NCBI GenBank assembly: GCA_963752485.1
Contig: CAVVYP010000007.1
Span: forward strand, 462,993-526,992
DNA: 64,000 nucleotides
Reading direction: 5' to 3'
DNA from: an uncultured Chloroflexia bacterium
GTDB lineage: Bacteria; Chloroflexota; Anaerolineae; Caldilineales; Caldilineaceae
Below are positions 31,319 to 41,740 of this stretch, piece after piece. The first letter of the stretch is position 1; every line of letters starts with the position of its first letter. The position numbers were made by a program, and so were the translations under genes. The notes beneath the pieces are model-generated. The model saw nothing but the letters and a program-made list of their open reading frames with translations. It had not been told where the DNA came from and searched no databases.

Positions 31319-33165
31319 TTATCGCAGGTCCAGGATAGGCGTACCATCGCCGCCGCTGATGACCCACTTGCTGTTTTCCTTCAGCTGCTGGGCGATGAGG
31401 TATTCAATGAACTTTTCGCCCACGTCGCCCTTGCCTTCGAGTTCCGCGAGCAACGCGTTGACGGCTTCCTTCTCTGCGCCAGAGGTGAGCCGAATGCGTT
31501 CGGCGTCCGCCTGGGCGGTGGTCGTGATCTGATAGGCTTCGGCGTCGGCCTCCTTCTGGGCGGCGTAGAGGTCCGCGTCGGCGAGCGTCTGGCGCTGGGC
31601 AGCCTCGGCCTGCGCCTGCTCTTGGCGCTGCAGGGCGACCATGCGGTCCTTGATGGCGGTGAGCACCTCTTCCGGCGGCGAGGCGTTCTGCATTTGCACG
31701 GTGATGAACTCGACGCCGTACTGCTCCTCCTTTTCCTTGAGTGATTCCATGACCTCCTGGTTCATCACGGCGCGGTTGTTCATAATGTCGTCCATCGCCT
31801 TGGTGTTGACGACGTCGCGCAGTTTGCCCTGTACGAACTCGAAGACGATGCGCTCCGGGTCGTCCACCTGCAACGCGTACTGTTCCGGATCGGTGACCTT
31901 GAACGTGTATTGCAGCGAGACGATCATGGTGACCTTGTCCGACGTCATGGCGGGGATCTGCTCGACATACCCCAGCCGTTCATTGGTTGTGACGACGAGG
32001 ACTGTGTCTACAAGTGGGATCTGCATGTGCCAGCCCGGCTGCTGCACGCCCAGGAAACGCCCGCCGCGCAGATGCAGGCCGCGCTCGTATTCGTGCACCT
32101 TGTAGACGGTGGCACGCGCGATGACGAGGCCGACCGCCAACACGATCAGGGCAGTGAGAACGACGACGGCCGCCTTGTAGAAGCGGTCCAGCGTGCTAGG
32201 GCCGGGCGGTCCCGGCGCCACGGGTTCCCTGGCCGACCTCCCTTGTGCTGCGTCGTTTTGGCGTACGTCATTCTGCTCTTCGGTCATCTCTTCACCTCCA
32301 CTTCGATTCGGAGACATTTCGCCGGTGTCGCCAGCGGATACGGGGGCAACATGGGCAGCGCTTGGCTCGTCCGCCGGTTGCAGGGCGAGCGGCAGGCGAT
32401 CCGCCCAACCAAAACTGCCGCCAGACTTCCAGGCTACCTGATTGAGCGCGTACAGCAGGGACGGGACGGACTGAATCGCAATGCCCAGCCCCACAAAGAA
32501 CAGCGTAAGAAACAGTGGCGCATTCTCGGATAAGGCCAATCCGACCGCGAACGCGGTCTGGCAGATCGCGACCGCGCCGAATAGATAGTACCAGCGCCAT
32601 CTGTGCGGAGTGTACGCGAAGATCACAGCTGCCGCAGTCGCCAGCAGCAGCGGGACCAGCGACGCCACGAACAGACCGCGCACACCGGCTTCCAGCGGCA
32701 CGATGCCTGTGAGGAGGAAGAGGGCGCGGTAACGGCGGCGTGCGGGAAGACCGTGAACGCAGCGCGGATGCGCGAGCGGATCGCCACCCACAGCGCCGCG
32801 ACCGCCTCCGGAATGAACGCTAAAAACAGCAGTGGGATGACTAGAACAGATACGATGAGGCCCGATGGGCGATCCAGATTGATCAGCCACGTCATCGTCA
32901 TGAGCAGCAGGCCGACGACCTCGTACGTGGCGAAGCCGAGCCACGCGTATGCCCAGAGCGGTCGCGGCTCCTGCGTCTGCCACCGCCACGCCCAGAACGC
33001 ACCGGCAACCGTGGCGATGCGCAAAAACCAGCGCACAGCCAACCACACAGGGTTGGCTCCGGATTCCATGACGGTGGGCAGCGCGATGCCGAATAGCGCC
33101 ACGAACAGGAGCGCTACATAGGGCACGGCAATCAGCACCGCGTCTTGGGCTTTCTTGTGGATCAT
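31319..33165 (-). pseudogene. Polytopic membrane domain (~8 TM) fused to a C-terminal SPFH/band-7 (flotillin/HflK-like) domain. One frameshift near 32700.
   Basis: N-terminus MIHKKAQDAVLIAVPYVALLFVALFGIAL… TM helices in frame 1 continue in frame 2. SPFH core YKVHEYERGLHLRGGRFLGVQQPGWHMQIPLVDTV…TSDKVTMIVSLQYTFKV…, with a coiled-coil tail. Confidence 0.65.
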
Positions 33166-33312
33166 ATTCCGCCGCCCAGAGAGACAAATCCACCCTTCCC
33201 GGAATGGGACAGCGCGATGGGGAGGCGATGAAGGCAAAGTCAGTCTACAACGCACCCGGTGCAAAGACAAGCCGCGTATGGGAATACGACGGCAGACTAG
33301 CATGAGTGACGG

Positions 33313-34332
33313 TCAGGCGGTCATCTCTCGTGCTATCTGCTCGCGCAGACGGGTGGGCGCGTCGATCAGGCGCCGGTAGAACTCCGGCTCATCGTCCCCG
33401 GTGATCAGGTCGCGCGCGTCCAGCCAAGCGACGACGCGACGCACGCCTTCCTGCCACGGGATCGTGTAGCGGAAGTCCAGGTCCTCGTGTGCGGCGCGGT
33501 TGTCGAAGATGTTGTTGTACCGGAAGTTCTCCTTGATCCACTCGGCCTCTTCCGGCAGGGCGGCGTAGAGCGTATCGGTGGCAATGTGCACAAGCCGGGG
33601 CTCCGGTGCGTCCATGGCCGCGGCCGCGTCGCGGTGATAGCGGTCCCAGGTCAGCCACTCCTCACCGGTCACGTGATAGGCCTTGCCGAACGTGGCCGGC
33701 TTGCCCGCGGCGACGGCAAAGGTGCGGCCCACGTCGTCGCGATGGCAGGCCGTCCATAGGGAGAGGCCGTCGCCGTGTTGCACGATGGGCTGGCCGGTGC
33801 GCAGGCGGTGCAGGTAGTACATGCCGCTGCGGAACGTGTGCAGCAGGCCGCGGCCCTCGCCGTAGGTATAGGCGGGACGGATGATCGTGACGGGAAAGTC
33901 GCCGTGCTGGTGGGCGGCCTCCAGGATGCGCTCGCAGGCGGCCTTGCGGTAGGCGTAGGGGAAGGAGGGCAGTGGCTCGCGCGGCGTATCTTCGGTGATG
34001 GGCAGGACGGGCGGCTGCTTGGTGTACACGTCGACAGTGCTGCAGAAGACGAAGTGGCCCGTGCGTCCGCGGAAGGCGCGCACCGCACTCTCCGCCTCTT
34101 CCGGCGTGAAGCAGACCATGTCGATGACACAGTCGAAGGGACCAGCGTCAGCCATCTGCGCCTCGAAGGCAGCGAAGTCCTGGCGGTCGCCACGAAGAGT
34201 GTGCGGGGCGTCGTGGAGTTGAGACGGGGCCTGGCCACGGTTGTAGTGGGTGACGTCCGCGCCTGTTTCTTGCAGAGAGCGGGTGATAGCAGTGCTGATG
34301 AGGCCGGTGCCGCCGACGATGAGTACGTTCAT
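33313..34332 (-). CDS. NAD-dependent epimerase/dehydratase (SDR family).
   Basis: MNVLIVGGTGLISTAI Rossmann motif. YxxxK region present. Confidence 0.8.
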   Translation of the reverse strand: MNVLIVGGTGLISTAITRSLQETGADVTHYNRGQAPSQLHDAPHTLRGDRQDFAAFEAQMADAGPFDCVIDMVCFTPEEAESAVRAFRGRTGHFVFCSTVDVYTKQPPVLPITEDTPREPLPSFPYAYRKAACERILEAAHQHGDFPVTIIRPAYTYGEGRGLLHTFRSGMYYLHRLRTGQPIVQHGDGLSLWTACHRDDVGRTFAVAAGKPATFGKAYHVTGEEWLTWDRYHRDAAAAMDAPEPRLVHIATDTLYAALPEEAEWIKENFRYNNIFDNRAAHEDLDFRYTIPWQEGVRRVVAWLDARDLITGDDEPEFYRRLIDAPTRLREQIAREMTA

Positions 34333-34579
34333 TGTTGTCCTCTGTCTGGAGAATGGCATTCAGGTAGGTAGAGACAGGACGCTAACTGAGGCTGATCCGG
34401 CTGATCTTCGCTGATCACTTGCGAGTGAGCATGTTGGGCGACAGCCATGTCCGGTTCGTTGCGTCAGTTCCAGATATACTGTTGGGAGCGTGGAATACGG
34501 GCCAGGGCGCTGTTCGGGCGGTACAATGGTACGCAGCGTGGTCTGATCATGACCCATCCTACGACAAGGAGGCGCGCCC

Positions 34580-35417
34580 GTGCAAGAACCAGCGCAGAAT
34601 GAAGCGATCCGGCTGCTGCCGCAACCCGCAGCGCCACAACCACTGGAGGGGCTCTATCTGGGGCATGATGTTCGGCGGCTGGCGGCAGCCGGCGGCCGGC
34701 CCTTCGTCTACGCCAACTTCGTCGTCAGCCTTGACGGGCGTATCGCCGTGCCGGACAAGACGCAGGGCGGGCTGAAAGTGCCCGCGGCGACCGCAAACGA
34801 GCGGGACTGGCGGCTCTTCCAGGAGCTGGCCGTGCAGGCGGACGTCATCATCACCACGGGTCGCTATCTCCGCGACTACGGGGCCGGCAAGGCGCAAGAG
34901 ATTCTGCGCGTACAGGACGACCCTGCGTTCGCAGACCTGGCTGCGTGGCGACGGGCGCGCGGAATGTCGCCGCAGCCCGATTTGGCTGTGGTCAGCCGCA
35001 GCCTGGACTTCCCGATTCCGGAGGCGCTCCACGCGCAGGGGCGGCGTGTGCTGGTCGTGACAGATGCAGGCGCAGACGCGGCCCGCGTAGGGGAAATCGA
35101 GCGACAGCTCGGCGAGGTGCTGGTGGCGGGCGCAGAGGGCGTACGTGGCGACGAGTTCGTGGATGTTCTCGCCGCGCAGGGGTACCGAACGGTCTACAGC
35201 GCGGCAGGCCCGCGCATATTGCACATGCTGCTGGCGGCCGACGTGCTGGACCGGCTATACCTGACGACTGTACCGCGTGTATTGGGCGGTGACCCATTCG
35301 CGGCGATTGTGGACGGGGCCATGCTGGACACGCGCCGTGGATATGCCCCTGCGCACGCTCTATTTCGATGCAGCGGGTGTGGACGGGTTGGGTCAGTTGT
35401 TCGCGTGCTACGAGAGG
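34580..35417 (+). pseudogene. RibD C-terminal / dihydrofolate-reductase-family pyrimidine reductase-like protein, frameshift near 35340.
   Basis: FVYANFVVSLDGRIA motif. The true C-terminus PLRTLYFDAAGVDGLGQLFACYERDR lies in another frame. AGGAGG RBS before the GTG start. Confidence 0.65.
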
Positions 35418-35754
35418 GATCGGTAGCGCCCACGGTCGTGCGGTGGATGTTGCTGCGCGTCCAAGGTGGACGCGCAGATGCGGCGCGCGCCGGATTCGCT
35501 GGCAACGGCTCCTCCGCACGATGCCCTGGCTCGGGCAGGCATGGCTCGAGTTGGACGGCGCAGGCAATGGACGGCGGGAGAGAATCGGGGGCCCTCCGCA
35601 TGCAGAGATTGACCGGCCGCGCCTCCACTGCGCGCGTGCAAGTATTGCGCCGGCTGCAATCCGGCCACATTCGCTACGACCGATCCCGGATTTCCGTTGA
35701 GAATGGCTGTTGTGTGAAATACGGGCGCACAAATTGTTCCGCCAATCTCCGACA

Positions 35755-35808
35755 TTGGACAGACCAGAACTTATGTTCTATAATCGCCATTAGAACATAA
35801 GTTCTGGT
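35755..35808 (+). promoter_or_regulatory. Promoter TTGGAC-17-TATAAT embedded in a 19-bp perfect inverted repeat (35761-35779 / 35790-35808). The repeat carries two GAAC-N4-GTTC LexA/Cheo-type boxes.
   Basis: Arms GACCAGAACTTATGTTCTA and TAGAACATAAGTTCTGGTC. The 10-bp spacer contains the -10 hexamer. The arms fill the -35/-10 spacer and the +1 region. Confidence 0.6.
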
Positions 35809-35838
35809 CCGGCATTCGTCCAACAGGAGATGCACGCG

Positions 35839-36126
35839 ATGAGCAGACGATTCGAGATTCCGCAACAACAGAGCTGGGTCGGCCCCATCCTCCACGCCGC
35901 CAAAACCGCCAGACCCGGGGACACCATCGTGGTGCACAGCCACGCCCAAGACAACTTCCTCCACCGGGAACTCGTCGAGATCGGCAAGCGCGGCGTCAAT
36001 ACCGTCAACACGCGTCGCCTTACTTCCACCGCCCGCCCGTATGACGTACGCGACTCTGCCGAGAATGCCGAGAAGCTCTACAACTGGATCCAGCAACAGG
36101 CGGACGCCGCCCGCCAGCGCATCTGA
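35839..36126 (+). CDS. Small soluble protein (95 aa) of unknown function, a candidate LexA-regulated gene.
   Basis: AGGAG RBS 9 nt upstream of the ATG. No TM segment and no recognisable motif. Sits directly downstream of the twin-box promoter. Confidence 0.55.
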   Translation: MSRRFEIPQQQSWVGPILHAAKTARPGDTIVVHSHAQDNFLHRELVEIGKRGVNTVNTRRLTSTARPYDVRDSAENAEKLYNWIQQQADAARQRI

Positions 36127-36437
36127 CCAAATTTTCGGCGCGCGACCGGCACTGTAGCAGACCTGGTTCCCATTGGTTCGCCGGACTTGCGGGCGACGTA
36201 TGTGCTTGTTTCCCCTTGCGCCAGCTGGATGATGCGCACGATAGCAAACGGCTTGCGCCGATAGTCAGTCCTGCGCCCAATGCGCCTGGGCGAGCCCTGA
36301 TTTCGCCGCAGGACCAATATCGCTGAGGAGATACTGGCGGCAATATGCTTTTTCGGAGCGCGCCCGAAATCGATTATAGTTGTGCTGCATCGCGTACGTG
36401 GAAATCAACCACATTCATCCAGCGGGAGGACCATACT

Positions 36438-36842
36438 ATGGCATCTGTGATTGACATTGAAGGCATCGGTCCAGTCTATACCAAGAAACTCAAGGAAGTT
36501 GGCGTCGACACAGTAGAGGAACTGTTACAGGCCGCGGCTTCGCCAACGGCTCGGCAAGAACTCGCCGACAAGACTGGCATCTCGAGGAAGCGCATACTTT
36601 CTTGGGCAAACCGCGCAGATCTGTGGCGTATCAGAGGTGTCGGCGAAGAGTACACAGATTTGCTGGAAATGACGGGCGTCGATACCGTGCCCGAACTGGC
36701 GCAGCGCAATCCGAAAAACCTGTATGAGACCATGACAAACGTCCAAACCGAGCGCAAACTAGTGCGCAAGATGCCGACTGAGTCTCAGGTCCAGGACTGG
36801 GTAGAGCAAGCCAAGACACTGCCGCGTGTCATGACCTACTAA
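36438..36842 (+). CDS. DUF4332-type protein with two helix-hairpin-helix motifs.
   Basis: IEGIGPVYTKKLKEVGVDTVEELL and RIRGVGEEYTDLLEMTGVDTVPELA HhH repeats. GGAGG RBS. Confidence 0.6.
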   Translation: MASVIDIEGIGPVYTKKLKEVGVDTVEELLQAAASPTARQELADKTGISRKRILSWANRADLWRIRGVGEEYTDLLEMTGVDTVPELAQRNPKNLYETMTNVQTERKLVRKMPTESQVQDWVEQAKTLPRVMTY

Positions 36843-36870
36843 CGCGAAAATCCGCCAACCGCGTAGCCCT

Positions 36871-38443
36871 ATGCGTCTCCTTGTAACAGGGGCGGCCTGC
36901 CTTCTCGGCAGCGCCGTCCGCCTCGCGTTGCCCGCATCGACGCCAGTTCGCGCCGTGGATATCGCCTTCACAGGGCCTATCGACGGCGCAGAGATGATGC
37001 CCGGCGACCTGCGCGATGCGGATTTCATCGCGCATGCGTTGGACGGCGTCACTGCGATCCTGCATCTCGCACCTCTCACTACTCGTCTCGAGGACGATAC
37101 CGCGTCCCTGGACCACGCCACCCGCGGCACATACCAGCTTGCCCTCGCCGCGGCCGAAGCCGGTGTAAAGCGCATCGTCCTCGCCAGCACGCTGGACCTG
37201 TTCAGCGAGCTGTGGACGCGCTACCGCATCGACGAAGGCTGGCGACCGCGACCCCAGCCCCACATCGACCAACTCTGCCCGTACCTGGCCGAAGTCACGC
37301 TGCGCGAAGTCACCCGCGAGACCGGAGTGCCCGCGATCTGTCTGCGCTATGGCGCCATTGTGGACGACCAGACGGTGGAGAACGCGTCAGCAACCGGCAG
37401 ACCTGCGGACCCCCGCTGGCTGCACATCGACGACGCCGTGGCCGCTACCCTCCGCGCCCTGGAAGTTGGAGACAACCGGATGGCAGCTTTTCCACATCAG
37501 CGCCGCCGGTGAACAGGCCGCCGTACCCATCGCACGCGCCGGCATCGATCCCTTCGCGTACGCGCCCGCCCACCGCTACATTGGCCCGGAAGACCCGTTT
37601 CCCGACGCCAGCGTACCCCTGCCGGAGCCCGTGCCGCCACGTCCCATCCGTCGCGTGGTCGTCTTCGGCGCAGGCGGCCCACTGGGCGCCGCAGTCGCTA
37701 CGGAGTTGCAGGACGCCTACGAGTTGCGCCTGGCCGACATCCGCCCGGTCGAAGAAGCCGCAGCCGCCGAACCGCAGTTTCCCGGCGCACCTCTGCCCAC
37801 GCCGCCGCAGCCGCCCCACAGATGGCTCGTCATGGACATGCGCGATGCCGGCCAGGTCATGGACGCCTGCGAAGGCATGGACGCTATCGTCAACTGCTCC
37901 GTCCTGCGCAGCGACCCCGCCGACGCCTTCCGCGTCAACACGGTCGGCGCCTACCATGTCATGCGCGCCGCCGTCGCCCACGATATCAAGCGCGTCGTGC
38001 ATACCGGTCCCTACCTCCTCTCACAGGAAGGCCCGTCCGGCTATCGCTGGGACGACTGGATCGTGGACGATGCGCCCGCTCGGCCCGGCACCGGCTGGGT
38101 CTACCTGCCCTCCAAGCTCCTCGGCAAGGAAATCTGCCGCATCTACGCCGAACACTATGGCCTGGAAGTCCCTGCCCTCGCCTTTGTCCATCTGCGCAAC
38201 CAGGACATTCAGGCGTACCCGGACTCACCGCCGGGCTGGCGACTCTATCCCTTCAGCGTCTCCTGGCGGGATGCCGCCCGCGCCGTGCGCGCCGGGCTGG
38301 AGGTGGACGAGCTGCCCTCGCCCTTCGAATTTGTTCACATCGGCGCCGAGTTGCCCCACGGCGTCTACCCCATGGGCAAGGCCAAGCGCGTTCTCGGCTG
38401 GGAAGCCGTAGACACCTTCGAGAATTTGTACACAAGGCGCTGA
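36871..38443 (+). pseudogene. Tandem fusion of two NAD-dependent epimerase/dehydratase-like domains, frameshift near 37485.
   Basis: Domain 1 MRLLVTGAACLLGSAV…. Domain 2 IRRVVVFGAGGPLGAAVATELQ…YLPSKLLGKE. The two halves lie in different frames. Confidence 0.55.
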
Positions 38444-38462
38444 CGAGCGCCTACTGAACGCG

Positions 38463-38768
38463 CTACCAGGGGCTCGCCCGGCTCTCCAGGTAGGTACCCA
38501 GCATGCTCTCGGTCTCTACATACTGAAACCAGCCCAGTTCCTCCAGCGCACGGCGGTGCTCCCGAAGACAGTCCACGTTCGGGTATTCCTCGATCCCGAA
38601 GAAGTGCCACGCCTCCGTCGCCCAGCTCGACTCGCAATCCACAATGCTGTGGCCGCCCACCCGATCTCGCGCCTCGCCCACCTTTCCCAACAGGGTCTGC
38701 TGATCCTCGTCGGACAGCTCATACCACGCGTCGCACCACCGCAGACGATAGAACCTGTAGATGGGCAT
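38463..38768 (-). CDS. Hypothetical small protein (101 aa).
   Basis: Intact ORF with protein-like composition (MPIYRFYRLRWCDAWYELSDEDQQ…). No assignable family. Confidence 0.4.
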   Translation of the reverse strand: MPIYRFYRLRWCDAWYELSDEDQQTLLGKVGEARDRVGGHSIVDCESSWATEAWHFFGIEEYPNVDCLREHRRALEELGWFQYVETESMLGTYLESRASPW

Positions 38769-39020
38769 GCCCTGCTCTCCTCCCTATCACGATTGTCGTA
38801 GCAGTCGCCCCAGCGCTGTCCCTGCCGGAGCGTCTACCCAACGATAGCAGCCCTACCGTTCCCAGATCGTTCCTCCCCGCGGCGCGCCGAAAAACGCCCG
38901 CGCAGAGCGAAACGCTGTCCATCTGGATTCTGCTGTCAGTTCAAGGGAATCGATCAGCCCAACCGAAGATCACATCGCGTATGCGACGCCGGGCCACGCC
39001 CGCCGCGCCCTCTCACCCAC

Positions 39021-41344
39021 CTACCGCCCCAGCTTGCGCAGCCAACTCGCCATCCCCGCATCATCCGCACCCGCCTCGGCCTCTGGGCCACGCGCCGCCC
39101 GGTACCAGAACTGCACAGCCTCCGGCGCCAGACCCAACGGCTCGAAATCGCCCGCCTTGTCCAGGTCCCGATAGTAGCCGATCACGCGGCGACCCGCTTG
39201 GCGCCGAATCTGGTCCGGCCACGGCGCCCAGTCCCGAAAATAGGTCCATATCCCCCGTTGCACCGACGTCACCGCCATCGCCTGCACATCGCTCTCCGTC
39301 CACGCCACAGGATACTTCGCCGCCGCCGTGCGAATCGACGCCAAATCCAGCAACACCTCGTTGAACCCCGCCTCCACCAGGAACGGGGACGGCTCCGGCT
39401 GCAAATAATAGACGTACAGATGCTGTCGCGCCCGCGTCAGCGCCACATAGAGCAGCCTGCGTTCCTCTTCCAGATTTCCATGCAGATATCGTGGTACGAT
39501 GCCCGGGTTACAGGAAGGCACAAAGACCACTGGCCACTCCAGCCCTTTTGCCGCATCCATGCTGCGGATCGTCACCGCCTCATCGCCCGCCTGCCCGCGC
39601 GCAGTCGCACGCAACTGGTCCAGCCGCTGCACATTGGCCAGGAACGTGGGCAGGTTGCCCCGCCCCTGCGCAAAGGCAAGCAGTTGATGCACCGTCTCCG
39701 CCTCGTCGTCGCCCGTCTCCGACGCGCCATAGCGACGTTGCAAGTACGCACTGTAGCCCAACCGCTCGTCCAGCGCGCGCAGCACGTCATACGCCGGCCG
39801 GCCGGACAACGGCCCGTTCCGAAACGCGCCCGCCAGCCATTGCAGCGTCGCGCCCAGTTCGTGCATCTGCTCCTGGGTGATCGGCTCCAGGCTCGCGCCC
39901 GCGTTGAACAGCGTTAGGTAGACCGGCGCCTGCTGCACCAGCGCCGTCTCCACCACGGCCCGCGCCACCTCGTCGCTGATGCCCCGCTCCGGCCGCGCGT
40001 AGACCTGCTCCCACGAGCGGCGGAACTGGTCGATTTGCGCACCGTTCAAGTACGCGCTCGCGGCCAACTGGCTGTCCATATACGCCAAGCGGCAATAGTC
40101 GATCAGCGTCTGCACCTCCGGCCGCTTGTAAAACGGTTGCTGACCCAGGATCGAATAGGGAATATCGGCGGCCACAAACGCCTGCTCCACCGGCGGCGTC
40201 TGTGCAAACGTGCGTACCAACACCGCCATGTTGCGATACGGGGTGCCCGCCGCATGCCGCTTGTGCACATCGTCCACCATCGCTGCCGCCATCTCACGAG
40301 CGCTGCGCAGCCCCACCACCTCCATGCGCCCGCCCAGTCCCTGTGTCAAGCGCAACGACTTGCGGATGCGCCGCCGGTTGCCGCGGATCACGGCATCCGC
40401 CAACATGAGCGAGCCCGCCTTGCTGCGAAAGTTCTGTCCCAGTGGAAAGCGCCGCGCACTGTACCGCTGGGCAAAGCCGGTCAGGTACCTGGGACTGGCG
40501 CCGTTGCTCTCGTGGATGGCCTGGTCGTCGTCGCCCACTGCCATGTAGTTCAGATGAGGATGCGCCAACAGGTCCAAGATCTCCGACTGCGCCAGATTGA
40601 GGTCCTGGAATTCATCCGCCACGATACAGTCGAAACGGTCGCGAATGCGGTGCACGACGGTCCCGTGCTGATAGAGCATCTCCCATCCGGTCAGCAACTG
40701 GTCGTCCGAAGTGATCAGCCCCATGCGCTGCCGCACGCGCTCGTACAGGTCAAACAGGTCCAGATACCAGGGTAGATGGTCAGGCGGCGTTGCCTGGCTC
40801 ACCAGTTCATTGTAGGCCAGCACCCCGGTCAGCGCGCTCGGCTCCGCATAGCGCAGATTGCCCTTGCACACGGTCACCCACTTGAGAAAATCCTCCGGCT
40901 CCAACGTCTCCAGTTCCGTGACGAACTCTGTCTCCTCGCCGCCGCGCCTCTTCCAGCGTCCGCTGCAGCACAAGCTCGCCCGCACTGCGGATGCGCCGCT
41001 CCCAATCCGGAGCCAGCGTGCGCAGATGACCCTGTCCGTACGCAGCACTGCACTGCGCTGCGGCCCAGCGCATGCAGCGTGACGATCTGGACCTGTCCGC
41101 ATCCCGGATGCCGCGCCAGCCTCTGTCGCAAGTCGGCCGCCGTAGCCCCATTGAGCGCAGCCAGCAGAATGCGTTCCGCCTCAAAAATCTCCTTCTCCAC
41201 CAGGCGCGCCACGCGATAGACCGCCACCGTCGTCTTGCCGGACCCGGCCACGCCCAGCGCGACCGCAGGTCCCCGCTCGTGTTCGACCGCGGCCCGCTGT
41301 TCAGGTGTCAATTGTGCGTACTGCGTTCCGGAAATGGCGTCCAC
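39021..41344 (-). pseudogene. uvrD: UvrD/PcrA-family ATP-dependent DNA helicase, frameshift near 40950.
   Basis: Walker A GVAGSGKTT in ORF 40874..41344. Motifs DEFQDLN, LGQNFRS and VALTRAR in ORF 39021..41102. Confidence 0.7.
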
Positions 41345-41740
41345 AGGTTGTGTGCTGGGTGAGTGTGCCTTCAGTGGCTGGTACTGTACCTGTCCCGGTG
41401 CGTTGCGTCAAGACGGCGTGGCGCAGCGCACCGGGACGGCAGGAGCTTTGGGCATACTCTGTCATGGAAAAATGTCCCTGCGCCACGCCTTCGTGTTCGA
41501 CACTGGCCGGTTGGATCTGCCACTGTCGTGCGTGAAGGGTTGCGCCGATAGACATGGCGTGCTCGACCGCGCGCGCGATCTGCGTCGATGGGACATAGCG
41601 CCGGATCGTCCCACCGGAGAAGGTCATCCGCATGGGTGACGTCAATGTTTGTCGAGTGGACATATGGCGGGGTACTATGAACTACCTGCCCCTGACATGC
41701 CCGTACATTTCCGGAGACATACCGATGCCTACCGATAGCA

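Noticed and set aside
41345-41740. LexA box upstream of the UvrD-type helicase
   Set aside because: I searched the 400-bp upstream region for GAAC-N4-GTTC and found none. Only weak CTGT-containing strings are present.
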